Part shown: piece by piece, positions 11,963 through 24,255 of the stretch | Layout: each line of letters starts with the position of its first letter | Position numbering within the stretch: position 1 is the first letter of the stretch | Assembly: GCA_963514005.1 (NCBI GenBank) | Contig: OY740802.1 | Span: 12,090,001-12,154,000, forward strand | DNA from: Raja brachyura | Lineage: Eukaryota | Length of the DNA stretch: 64,000 bases | Direction: 5' to 3' | Notes under the pieces: model-generated | The model's input: only the letters and a program-made list of their open reading frames with translations | Database searches by the model: none | What the model was told of the DNA's origin: nothing | Translations under genes and position numbers: made by a program

Positions 11963-13249
11963 AAGAAGCATTTATAGTACATCCCTATTAATCTTTGATA
12001 AGGTGAAGGTGAGCAGGTGAACGCAGCACTAACAACAAACTCCCTGTGAGGGGCAAACAAGATTTTAATTAGGAAGTTGCATCCCAATTTCAACCGGCAA
12101 GTCTCCAAATGAGCATCGCATTCTGGGTGGCCTGGCCCAGCACACTATCAACGTACCAAATTCAGAAGTGCATTTAGGATGTTACTGTGACCAGAGGCTG
12201 TGGGTCATATTTCTTGAATTGTACAATTACTCATAAAAAACTATTGACATTCAGTTACAGGCTGCATATTAGCACAGTGCAATATTTTCCCAATTTCTAG
12301 GCAGCAGCATTTTCAAGATCGCAGCCAACTCTCATCTTAGTGTTGTTTGGTTTAGTTTAGTTTAGTTTAGTTTAGTGAAGTTTTGAGGGTTTATGGAGTC
12401 AAATTGTTTCACACAGTTTGTTTTTACAAATTATATTTATAGAACTGATTTTCTATTTGTGAATTTATGATGATTTTTAAAAAATCTTCAGGGATTCATC
12501 CCATTCCTTTCACCATTTTTAAAGATGTGTGAGCGTTGATGCATCGAGCGTTGATGTTAAAAAACAAAGTCCGGTGTTCAACCTTCATTTTTCATCATCA
12601 CCACTGTACACACCAACTCTGCACTGGTCTGGAGCACCGGCAGTGGGCACATTTCTCTGGATATATAGGCAATTTAAAACAAACCCTCAACTACTGACAG
12701 CAAAGACTTGTGTTTGTTAGCTGTCTGGGAAAGGTTTACATGGTTACAGTGTATTGGCACTAACAGTTTGAATGGAGCTTAAAGTCAAGTAAGTTTTACC
12801 ACTATCACATTGTTTCAATCATTGTTCGTCTCCAGAAAGAGTGAGACTAATTCAATACGCCAGAAACCCATATTGCATCCTGACCTTGGGTGTTGCCTCT
12901 GTGGAGTTTGCAACTTCTCGCTGGGTTTCCTCCAGGTACTCTGGTTTCCTCCCACATCCTACAGACATGGGGGTTATGTTGGTTAACTGGCCTTTGTAAA
13001 TTGCCTCCTGTGAGTAGGGACAAGATGTGACAAGTGGAATAACAGAACTAGTGGGAATAGTGCCTGTTTACATGGTGTGTGCCTTTATATCACTTCATAA
13101 TGCTTACAACCATTGAAAAAAAGATTGCAGAAAACTCTTTGCACTTGTTTTGATGTGTGTGAGCACAGGTTCAGATAATCATCACTGCAATGTAAAAACA
13201 AAGCATGCACATTTTCAAAAGTGAGAGAAGAACATCAATCCCGAAGAAT

Positions 13250-13565
13250 GACACAAAATGCTGAAGTAATTCACTGGGTCAAGCAGCATCTTTGGAGAAA
13301 AGGAATATGTAACGTTTTGAGTCGAGACCCTTCTTCAGACTGAGGGAAAGGGGAGTGGGAGACTAGAGGTATGAGAAGGTACAAAGAACAAATGAATGGA
13401 AGGAATGAAAAGAACAAATCAAAGCTAGCAATGATGATCAGAAAAGATGGAGCCCACAATGGTCCATTGCTAATGTTTATGTTGCTTAACATTAAAATGT
13501 AAAACTAGACTGATTTTTTGTGTCTATCTTCGGTGTAAACCAGCATCTGCAGTTCCTTCCTGCAC
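13250..13565. mobile_element. Penelope pLTR/3'UTR fragments
   Basis: Minus-strand pLTR with GACCCTTCTTCAGACTGA and 3'UTR, followed by a plus-strand pLTR end. Confidence 0.7.
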
Positions 13566-13679
13566 ATTAAAGTAATCTCACTGCCTGTGGAGGCAAAAAA
13601 ACAAATGAAACTATTTATTCTATGTGATAGTTGAAGAAATTATTTGTTTCAAATTGGTCAATTTTTACATTTAATTTTT

Positions 13680-13987
13680 TTTGTTCAGTTTACTGATACA
13701 GCGCGGAAACAGGTCCTTCAGCCCACCGGATCTGCGCTGACCAGCGATCCCCGCACATTAACACTATCCTACATCCACTATTTTTACCTTTACCAAGCCA
13801 ATTAACCTACAAACCTGCACGTCTTTGGAGTGTGGGAGGAAACCGAAGAACTCAGAGAAAACCCACACAGATCACGGGGAGAACGTACAGACTCCGTACA
13901 GACAGCGCCCGTAATCAGGATCGAACCCGAGTCTCCGGCGCTGCATTCTCTGTCAGGCAGCAACTCTACCGCTGTGCCACCGTCACC
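13680..13987 (-). mobile_element. tRNA-derived HE1/V-type SINE
   Basis: Near-consensus reverse-complement copy with GGATCGAACC (B box). Confidence 0.9.
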
Positions 13988-15017
13988 ATTAAGCAACATA
14001 TAAGTTAGAAATCTGAATTGGCCTGAACAAGATGACGCTGAAGATATATTATCGTCACATGTACCTCGGCACATTGAAAATCTTTGTTTGTATACAATCC
14101 AGTAAAATCAGAATATGGACAAACACAATCATAGATAAGTGCTAAAAAAGTGCAATGCTTGTAGTGGAATAGTAGACGTTGACTTATTTGAGGAGTTTGT
14201 CCTCCTCAGACAAAGGGTATTCCATTTATTGTGTTGGGACTCTGGAAACCTTTACGTCTAACTCGTTTTTGAAAAATGCAGTGAGATGAGGCAGTACGTC
14301 AATAACTGGTGCCTCACCTGAAGACCAGTCCAAGGGTGACTTGTTACTTTGCTTCACTTTTCAGACCACACATGGAAGATGAAAAGTCCTTCTCCCTAGA
14401 ATTGTCAACTTGCAATCCAATTACCACCAAAAATGCGACTGGAACTAGCTGTAGTCATAACACATAATCACAGTGCGCTTTAAACTAACTTACTGTAACC
14501 ACTTACAATACTCCACCCTTTTTCCTTCTGGTTACGATCCCACACTGAGTGTATACATGCCAAAGCATGTTTATAAACTCCACATTGCAATGCGCTGATA
14601 CATACTTTCCTTAAAATATAATATTCTGCATTATACACACTGCATGTAGTCTGTTAACAGAAACAAAATTTCAGCTTCTGTTCTTGTTAAGACCATTTCC
14701 AGACCTCGTAAAGAATAATTGAAGACTTTCTTTCCACAGTCTTTATCCTCTTCATTTCCCCCATAGGTGCTTAGTACTGCTTTCCTGTTTGAAAGCACAG
14801 CATTACTCCTTCAGCTCAGTCGCATAACAAGCATGCTTTTCATTGCACAAACCAGATTAAGTGTTATTTCTGTTAAGCTAGGTTTCACTAGTTATTAGTT
14901 TAACCATCATTGTGTTTTAAAAAAAAAGGGAACTGCTTGCATACATCAAAATTACGACCTTACATAAGCAAAAAAAAAGGTGCTGGAGGTACTCAGAGGG
15001 TCAGGCAGCAACATTCA

Positions 15018-15314
15018 GGGGTGGCACAGTGGCGCAGCGGTAGAGTTGATGCCTTACGGCGCCAGAGTGCCAGAGACCCGGGTTCGATCCTGACTACGGG
15101 TGCTGTCTGTACGGAGTTTGTACGTACTCCCCCTGATCTGCATGGGTTTTCTCTGGGATCTCCGGTTTCCTCCCACACTCCAAAAACTTACAGATTTGTA
15201 GGTTAATTGGCTTGGTATCATTGTAAATTGCCCCTAGTGTGTGTAGGATTGTGTTAGTGTGTGGGGATCGCTGGCGCTGTGAGGCAGCAGCTCTATCGCT
15301 GCGCCACCATGCCG
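15018..15314 (+). mobile_element. tRNA-derived SINE with an inverted SINE head replacing the tail
   Basis: A box TGGCGCAGCGG and B box GGTTCGATCC; 15271-15314 is the reverse complement of a SINE head. Confidence 0.85.
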
Positions 15315-17197
15315 TACTCTTCTATTATTGACCTGACAGCACCACATTTCACTAACAGAGCTTGTGATGTGAAAACAACCTGTCAAATGCTCCTCATTTA
15401 GTGGGAATAAATGATGGCTTCAATCGAGCGCTTAGAGTAGAGCAATAGTGTAAATAGAATTGTTGTTTATTCATGTGGATATTGCCCATATATGGACACA
15501 GGTAATGATAGTATCGAGCTCGTTTATCTTCCTCCCTGCAGATAAATAGTCTCCGGACTACATGGGTTAAACAAGCTAAATTAGCCCACCGGGAAACATT
15601 CTGAAGCAATACTTAGACACTTACTCATTACTCGTCAGATTAATCTCTCGAGAGACCACTCACCTTAAGATGACTTTCTTTTGTTGCTTTATCCATTATT
15701 TAAGATAACTATCCCTTTTATGCTTCCACACTCTATAAGTAAATGACCTCTGCACTACACAAGTACATGTTCAGTGTGCGGATATAGAATGCTGGAAATA
15801 TGCTTGGTTAGCATCGATAAAATTAGTTAACAGTGGGGAGAAAAACAAGCCAGGGGTATTTTTCACAATGGAAGTTAGTTAAAACGTGAAAATAATTAGT
15901 ATGTTCTCAGTGGATTATAATATTTGTCCTCCTGTCAACATACTGGAAATCACAGTAGTAGGATGTGTTTAACTGATAGGATGTTTGATTGATTGTCCAT
16001 TATTAGGATGAAGGAAATAATATTCTTGGTAATATTAATCAGTGTAGTGGTGGTGGGGTGGGGGGGTGTGGTGGGGGTGGGAAGCTGAGAAAAGAGGTGG
16101 GGGTGGGATCGCCTGCTAAGTGATAGGTGGATACAAGTGAGGGGTGGGGGGGGGGGGGACAGGTGTGTCAAAGTGATATCAAGGAGAACAGGTACAGAGC
16201 AATTGAGAACAATGGGTTTGTTCTGGAGTTGAGATTGATTAGGTTGGGCTCAGGAAACACCCACAGAATTATGAGGAAAAGAAAGATTGTTAAGTTAAAA
16301 GTGTTTAAAAAATTGCCCCAAAGATCTATCAAAGTGATGGTTATAAAATAAAACAAGAGGAATAAGAAGCAAAGGGGTGTAAATCATAAAATCAAGACTG
16401 TTCATAACAATGAAAGAGATCATTCAGCCCATCGTCTGTGTACTAGCTCTTTGTCAGAGCATCTCAGTCAATCCCACACCCTCAGCCCGCTACTGTCCTT
16501 TAAATTCTATTCTATTCTTTGAGATGGTTTTTTCAACTCCCTCTCTAATTGAACCTGCCCCCACCATCACTGCTGGCTGTGTATTTCAGATCCTAACCAC
16601 ATGGTGTACAAAGATTTTGGTTCACTTTCAGTTCTTTTGTTATTTTTGGTGCTTTTGCCAATTATGTTCATTATTTGTCTACTGATTCTTGACCCCTCTG
16701 CAAATCCAGGGACATTTTCTATATAGCAACTCTGTTCTCTTTGCGATTTGAAGTGCTTCGACAAGATTCACAAACTTTCCTGTTCCAAGGAAAGCAATCC
16801 GGACTATCAACGTAACTTGAGTCCCCCATCAGTGATGTTGTTTCAGTAATGCAAGGCAAAACGTGCAAGATGCCAGAGTCTGAGGAAAAGCAGTGTTCCA
16901 ACGAGAAGAGATGTTGACTCTTGCAAGATCAAGGACAGGCTTAAGCACTAGAATAAGTTTTGTATTTGAGGAATGAAGTACCCAGAGCAGATGGTCAGAA
17001 TGTATGAAGCAGTTAGAAGTGAAGGATTTACTGTAGGATGGGGGAACAATTAACATTATTAGTGGATAAATTATTAATTTTGAAGCTCTTCCTGGTCAAA
17101 TAGTTCACTAAAATATTGCCCAATTGCTTTCAACCTCAGTAAGCACTTGACTTGGTGACGGTGCTGAGTTTAAGATGCAGATCAAGTTTTAAGTTCT

Positions 17198-17485
17198 GGG
17201 GGGCACAGTGGTAGAGTTGCCAGAGACCTGGGTTCGATCTTCACTACGAGTGCTGTCTGTACAGAGTTTTACGTTCTCCCTGTGACCGCGTGCGTTTTCT
17301 CCGGGTGCTCCGTTTTCACACCACGTTCCAAAGACGTACAGGCTGGTAGATCAATTGGCTTCGGTAAGTTGTATAATTGTCCCTACTGTGCGCCGGCTTG
17401 TATACGGGGTGATTGCTGGTCAGCCGGGACTTGGTGGGCCGAAGGGCCTGTATCCAAGCTGTATCTCTAAAGTCTACAGTCTAAA
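17198..17485 (+). mobile_element. tRNA-derived HE1/V-type SINE
   Basis: B box GGTTCGATC, central domain, GGGCCGAAGGGCCTGT tail. Confidence 0.85.
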
Positions 17486-18486
17486 ATCATTTTCATATGT
17501 AAATGAATGGCATGACTTCAGTTATGCTGTAGAATATTGAGTGAATGTTCTGAGTCACCCAGAGCTAAGTTAAACAAGCAGTTTCACATTGATCACCATG
17601 GAGTTTACAGTGAAGATGTGGATAACATCTTTGAGCAGGAACCTTTAGGGTTATATCCCACCAGCTTCATTCATTTCCGTAACTTTTCTCTGGGAAAAGG
17701 TTACGCCACATTCTTCCAAAGCAAATGTTAAGCGATTACAAAAGTTTACACTCAAAGAACAGCATGTTTTGGAGTAAACGTGTGGCTCAGGCAGCATCTC
17801 TGGAGGACATGGATAGGCGGCAATTTGAGTTGGAACCTTTCTTCAGTTTGATGAAGGTCCTGTCCCATTGAGTTAATCCAGAACTTTGTGTTCTATGCAA
17901 GATCCCAGGATCTGGAGTTCCTTATCTTTCTCTCTCTTGACTCTTAATTAATCTCTGTTTTGGCCTTGCATGCATGAGGTTTATAAAGGTCATGAGATAT
18001 ATCACAGATTTATTAAATAAAAATAGAATATGGTAAATTCTCCACAGGTTGCCCAGTGATATTAGGGAGAAACAGAAAATACTAGTTTAATAAAACGCCA
18101 TGGAAGAGTTTATGTTTACGAAATATAAAATATATTTAAAATAGGAAAGGAAAGAACAACATAGAAGACTTGTGCTCTGCTGGAAGGAGGAAGACTTTAA
18201 ATGGCAAAAGGAGATGTTAATGGAACACATAAATGAATAAATAGTGAGTCTACAGGAGGTGTAAATGGAACAGAAAAATCTTTGCCTGAAATTGTTCAAT
18301 TCATTGTTAGGTCATAGCCCTAAACACTAACATGCCCAATTGAAAGATGAGAGGCTGTTTGTCAAGTTTAGCTTGACCTTTGTAGATCTATGCCCCAGCA
18401 CAGGGTCAGTGACAAAAACGGCCCACAATTAAAGTGATAGGCCTCCTCCATGAAGACTCAAGAAATGACAGATCCTGGAATCATTA

Positions 18487-18795
18487 GTTTTGTTTTGTTT
18501 ACAGATGCAGTGCGGAAACAGGCCCTTTGGCCCACCGAGTCCTCACCGACCAGCGATCCCCGCACATTAACACTATCCTACACACAATTGGGACAATTTA
18601 CATTTATACCAAACCAATTAACCTACAAATCTGTACGTCTTTGGAGTGTAGGAAGAAACTGAAGATCTCAGAGAAAACCCACGCAGGTCACAGGGAGAAC
18701 GTACATACTCTGTACTGACAGCACCCATAGTCAGGATCGAAACTGGGTCCATGGCGCTGTAAGGCAGCAACTCTACCTCAGCACAACCATGCCGC
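18487..18795 (-). mobile_element. tRNA-derived HE1/V-type SINE
   Basis: Full reverse-complement copy. Confidence 0.9.
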
Positions 18796-19154
18796 TTTAA
18801 AAATCTGTAGCACAAAACTCATTGTTGGAGGAATTCAGTTGGGGGGGGGGGGGGGGGGGGCAGTATCTGGGAAGTTAAAGGATGGTTGATGTTTTGGCTT
18901 CTAACCCAACATCAGGCCCACTCCTCAACCATCCATGACATCCTTCACCTTCCAGATTTGATCTTATAAAGTAATGAGGGTGACTGCACAAAGCCTTTTA
19001 CACAGGGTAGGAGAATCAAGAACCAGAGGAGTCTGAGGGGCAACTTTTTAACTCAGAGGGTGGCAGGTACATGGAATGAGCTGCCAGAGGAGGTAGTTGA
19101 GGCAGGTACAAAGCAACACTAAATAGACACTTGGACGGGCACATGGATTGGAAT

Positions 19155-19540
19155 GGTCGCTGCCTCAAAAAGGCTGGCAGTTTCATCAAGGACCCACACC
19201 ATCCTGGCCACACACTCATCTCCCCGCTACCTTCAGGTAGAAGGTACAGGAGCTTGAAGACTGCAACGACCAGGTTCAGGAATAGCTACTTCCCCACAGC
19301 CATCAGGCTATTAACCTTGGCTCGGAGAAAACTCTAAACATTAATAACCCATTATCTGTTATTTGCACTTTATCAGTTTATTTATTCATGTGTGTGTATA
19401 TTTATATAATGGTATATGGACACACTGATCTGTTCTGTATTCATGCCTACTATGTTCTGTTGTGCTGAAGCAAAGCAAGAATTTCATTGTCCTATCTGGG
19501 ACACATGACAATAAACTCTCTTGAATCTTGAATCTTGAAT
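19155..19540 (+). mobile_element. Rex1/Babar LINE 3' end
   Basis: RCLKKAGSFIKDPHHPGHTLISPLPSGRRYRSLKTATTRFRNSYFPTAIRLL; hairpin plus AATAAA plus (TCTTGAA)n tail. Confidence 0.85.
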
Positions 19541-22444
19541 ATATCTTGTACAATATTTGGTTGTAAATGCAGGCATTTGGTTTCCAAGAAATGGAAATGA
19601 TAAAAAATATTTGCTTAAGGTTCATTCAATGAACAGAAACAATGATTTATTAGATATTCACTTTCACATATAGGACTTCAAGATAACAAATCCATCACCT
19701 TTACAAGAACTCCTGTTCTGGGTGAGAATCCTGTTCTGTAAGATGTATAAAATTTCACACCAAACATATCATACACATGTAGATACAAATACTGGCCTTA
19801 AGCAGAGTTGCTATTCGAGGAAGAAAGAGCTTCATGTTTCATAATACTTCTTTTTTAAAATAGTTTTGAAAGATAAGCAAGTGTGCATTTTGCTACAAGT
19901 AAAAGGAGTTTTCCATTTTGTGTGTAAAAAAACATGATTAGTTGATGGGGAAAAGGGACCCATTTTGTGACCACCTTGTGGGAACATCTGTAAAAGATTA
20001 GATTGTCACTGCTAATAAAAGAAAGAATTCAATCAACTTAGCTTTCTTAACTCCCAAAAGAGGGCTTGAACAGAAGAAGTGTTTAACTGCAAAAGACCAT
20101 GACCTTAGGTGAGTCTTTAACCATATTCTGCTGTCTTTGATTTAGGTCCCAGTATCCTTTTCCAGAAAGCTACATTCTTGTCAATTTCACCAATACGGAT
20201 GTCGTCAACTTGAGATCAGTATGTCTCTGGGCTGTTTTTTTTACATATATGAGGAATATCAGAAAACCTTCAAAGAGAAAGCAGTAGTGACCCAAATGTC
20301 ACTTCAGAAAATGGATATTGTCTACTAAGACAGTCCTCAAAAAATATAAGGGGACAGAGGTCACTTAAGAAGCCATAAGTGGTTAAAGCTGTGGTATCCC
20401 ATTTCTATAGCCCATTTGTTAATTTGATATATATGTATATATATATATAGAAAACAGAGCAACCAACGATCGCTTTTAGGAGGTCGCTGATAAAGAAACA
20501 CAGTGATCAGTAGATTGGATTACAAAAGTGAAATGTATTCCACCGAGATTGGAAATATTGTCGGAGACTTTGGTCTCTGTTACAATTTTTATCCATTCTT
20601 GGGGTGGTTGTCGCTGGCAAACCCTACATTTATTGCGCGTCTCTTGTTGTCCAGATCTGATATGATTTAACTACTTGGCAGGCTACATCAGAAGGAGTAT
20701 AAAAAACGCTGCTGTGGGACATATTCACACGTAGGCCACACAGTTTTTAGGCCCAATTTCCTTCGCTAGTTGGCGATCAGTGACAAACAGATTTGTGGTG
20801 ACTTTACTGTTGCCAGCATTTCAGTTCCCAGACATTTTTTTGCAAACACGAGTTTAAATTGTTCCATGTAGTCTTTGAAACGCCTAGATTTAGCAAAAAG
20901 AAATTGCGTCTTACAAAGAGGTTTTAAATAAGTTGAAGATAGGCATAAAAAACTGGAGTAACTCAGCGGGACAGGCAGCATCTTTGGAGAGAAGGAGTGG
21001 GTGACATTTTCGGTCGAGAGTAGATTTTGGTCAGGAGTGGTGAGATCTGATTTATATAATATGCCAGCTTTTTTTCTTGCAGCATTATGTGTATAATTTG
21101 ACAAGAGTCTGCGACTGAATTTGAAAAGAATGAATGGCACTGATACAAACTATCAGGAGAGGGATGACGCCTGAATTTTTGAAAATGTAGGCAGCTCTGC
21201 AAAGTGAGAATTGTTACATTGCACTTAGGGTGTATTAACACAGGAAGCAGATCCAGTTCCTTAGAATGGCCTCAGGGTACTTGTGATATACCGAGCTGCC
21301 CATTATTCAATAAGCATGTTGGAACTCACAAAGTATCATTTCAATTAATTTAAGTACTTTTTTTTAGATTAAATATAAGATGCATGTGCTTTGTAATAGT
21401 ATCTTACAGTACTGGGGGGGAGGCGGGGGGGGGGGGGGGGGGGAGGAAACTCAAATGAAATTACATTTTTAACTCCAGAAATTCCTTCACCTTATCAATG
21501 CATTGTGTTCCCTGCATATGCCCATTTCTTGCTCCAGGGCCATTTTTGAAACTAAATTATACCTAAATTGAAATGCCTTCAGCTGGGGAAGGGCGCAAAG
21601 TGCTGCAGTAACTCAGCGGGTTAGGCAGCATCTTTGGAGAACATGGATGGGTAACGTTTCAGGTCTGGACCCTTCTCCAGACTGAGCAGTTAAACCAGCA
21701 TCTGCAGTTCTTTTTTTCTACATTTTCAGTATCTTCAGCTGTTCAAGTAATCAGCTGAAGAATTGCCTCTCTAAACCTCATTATCTTGCAATTCTGAATC
21801 AGTGGGATCAGTCGGAAGAAGGGTCCCAACCTGAAAGGTCACCTAACTATCTCCTCCACTGATGCTCCCTCACCCGCTGAGTTCCTCCAGCACTTGGTGT
21901 TTTGCTCAAGATTCTAGCATCAGCAGTTCCTTCTTTCTCCTTCTTATGATTCTACCTGGCTCAGTTATTCGTTTTCTTGTCAAATGAAGACATTGAATAC
22001 AAACAGATTTGAGAATGTTGATTTTTTGCATTTTGATTGGTGATGGCATAAAGGTGATGGTTTACTGTAAATGTCTGCCCCACATAACTAAACATTCAAT
22101 TGAAACAAATACTTCATGATAAATATTTATTCTGCCTGATAAAATAACAACGAAAAAACAAATGTTGTCCTGTCTATGTACACCGTTGCCAATATACACC
22201 AACTAACTAAAATACTTTAGTATATGTTATAATGTGGGATGAAGGAGGGAATTTATGCTTGGAGACAGACGATGTAGGCAAGGCATCAAAAGAGTACTTT
22301 GCCTCGGTATTCACCAAGGAGAATGATGTGGAGGATAGTGAGATCAGTGTGGGTTAAACATTCACTGGGGCAGAAGGAGGTGATATTTGGTCTCATGAAA
22401 GGTATTAGGGGAACTAAATCCCAGGCACTGATTGATTAAATGGA

Positions 22445-23270
22445 ATGAAATTGAATAGAATACTTTATAGTCACATGTGACCAGGCACAGTGAAATTCTT
22501 TGCTTGCATACCCAAGGTCACCATATAGAGTAGTCACTGCAAATAGTCACCACATATGGAGTTGACAAAGTCAAGAGTCAAGAGTGGTTTATTGTCATAT
22601 GTCCCGGACGGGACAATGAAATTCTTACTTGCTGCAGCACAACAGAAGATGTGAATATGTAAACATTGTATATAATGGGGAAAAAAAATAAATGGTTCAA
22701 TAAATAAAAAATATGGTGCAAATAACAAATAATAATATAGTCTTGTGCAGTTCAGAGCTCATAGCTTATTCGTTGTGTTTAATAGCCTGATGGCTGTGGG
22801 GAAGAAGCTGCTCCTGAACCTGGACGTTACAAAGTTACAAAGTTACAAAGTACCCCTGCCAGCTCCTCCTTTGTTCCCCCCCCCCCTCCCCATCCTGGTG
22901 GTCTCCCACGCTCCATGTCCACTGTTCTTCCCCCTCCCTCACAGCAGTCCCTCCCGCGCCCGGTCCTCCATTGTTGTTCCCCCTCATGGTGGATCCCCCC
23001 GCGCCCTCATTGACCGCCGACCGCGGGTCGACCCACGAGGCCCCACCGCTACCGCCGAGGCTCCACCGCTGTCGCCGAGGCAGACTTCGCCACCCGGCTT
23101 CTCCACGGCCTCCCAGATTGAATGATTGATACTTTATTGTCACGTGTACTTGGTACAGTGAGATTCCTTGTTTGCATACAGTACAAGTATGCAAAGGACA
23201 AAGAGTAAAGGGCAGCAACAAAGTTACAAAAGTATTCAATATAGTCCTTTTTCCTTCTCTCCTCCCCTGT
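22445..23270 (-). mobile_element. Cluster of Rex1-tailed elements: GC-rich non-coding element, nested Rex1 3' end (about 22570-22830), and a second copy
   Basis: Three TTTAT(A/T)GTCA..hairpin..GAAATTC tails at about 22465, 22590 and 23133; shared ACAAAGTTACAAA motif. Confidence 0.6.
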
Positions 23271-24153
23271 AACTCAGCAGGTCAGGCAGCATCTCTGGAG
23301 AGAAGGAATGGGTGATGTTTCGGGCCAAGAACCTTCTTCAGACTGATATCAGGGGAGGGTGTGGGACAAAGATAGAATGTAGTCAGAGACAGTAAGGCTG
23401 CTGGGAGAACTGGGAAGGGGGAGGGGATGGTGAGGGAAAGCAAGGGCTATCTGAAGTCAGAGAAGTCAATGTTCATACCGCTGGGTTGTAAGTTACCCAA
23501 GCGAAATATGAGGCACTGTTCCTCCAATTAGCGGTGGGCCTCACTCTGACATTGGAGGAGGCCCAGGACAGAAAGGTCAGATTGGGAATGTGAGGGGGAG
23601 TTCAAGTGATGAGCCACCGGGAGGTAGGTTAAGATGGACTGAGCGGAGGTGTTCAGCGAAACGATCGCCGAGCCTGCGCTTGGTCTCGCTGATGTAGAGA
23701 AGTTGACACTTGGAACAGCGGATACAGTAGATAAGATGTGAGGAGGTGCAAGTGAACCTCTGCCTCACCTGGAAAGACTGTTTGGGTCCTTGGATGGAAT
23801 CGAGGGGGGGAGGTAAAAGGACAAGTGTTGCATCTCCTGCGGTTGCAGGGGAAAGTACTTGGGGAGGGGGTGGTTTGGCTGGGAAGGGACAAGTTGACCA
23901 GGGGGTTTTGGAGGGAACGATCTCTGTGGAAAGCAGAAAGGGGTGGAGATGGGAAGATGTGCCAAGTAGTGGGATCCCGCTGGAGGCGGCGAAAATATTG
24001 GAGGATTATATGCTGCATGTGACAGCTGGTAGGGTGGAAGGTGAGGACAAGGGGGCTATGTCCTTGTTATGAATGGGGAGAGGGGGAGCAAGAGCGGAGC
24101 TGCAGGATATCGAGGAGACTCTAGTGAGAGCCTCATCTATAATGGAAGAGGGG
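23271..24153 (-). mobile_element. Penelope-like element, 3' part (RT C-terminus/linker, GIY-YIG endonuclease, 3' pLTR)
   Basis: RQRFTCTSSHLIYCIRCSKCQLLYISETKRRLGDRFAEHLRSV (GIY-YIG); Cys-rich linker PCNRRRCNTCP; frameshifted; pLTR at about 23271-23350. Confidence 0.9.
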
Positions 24154-24255
24154 AAACATAGAAACATAGAAACATAGAAAATAGGTGCAGGAGTAGGCCA
24201 TTCGGCCCTTCGAGCCTGCACCGCCATTCAATGTGATCATGGCTGATCATCCAAC

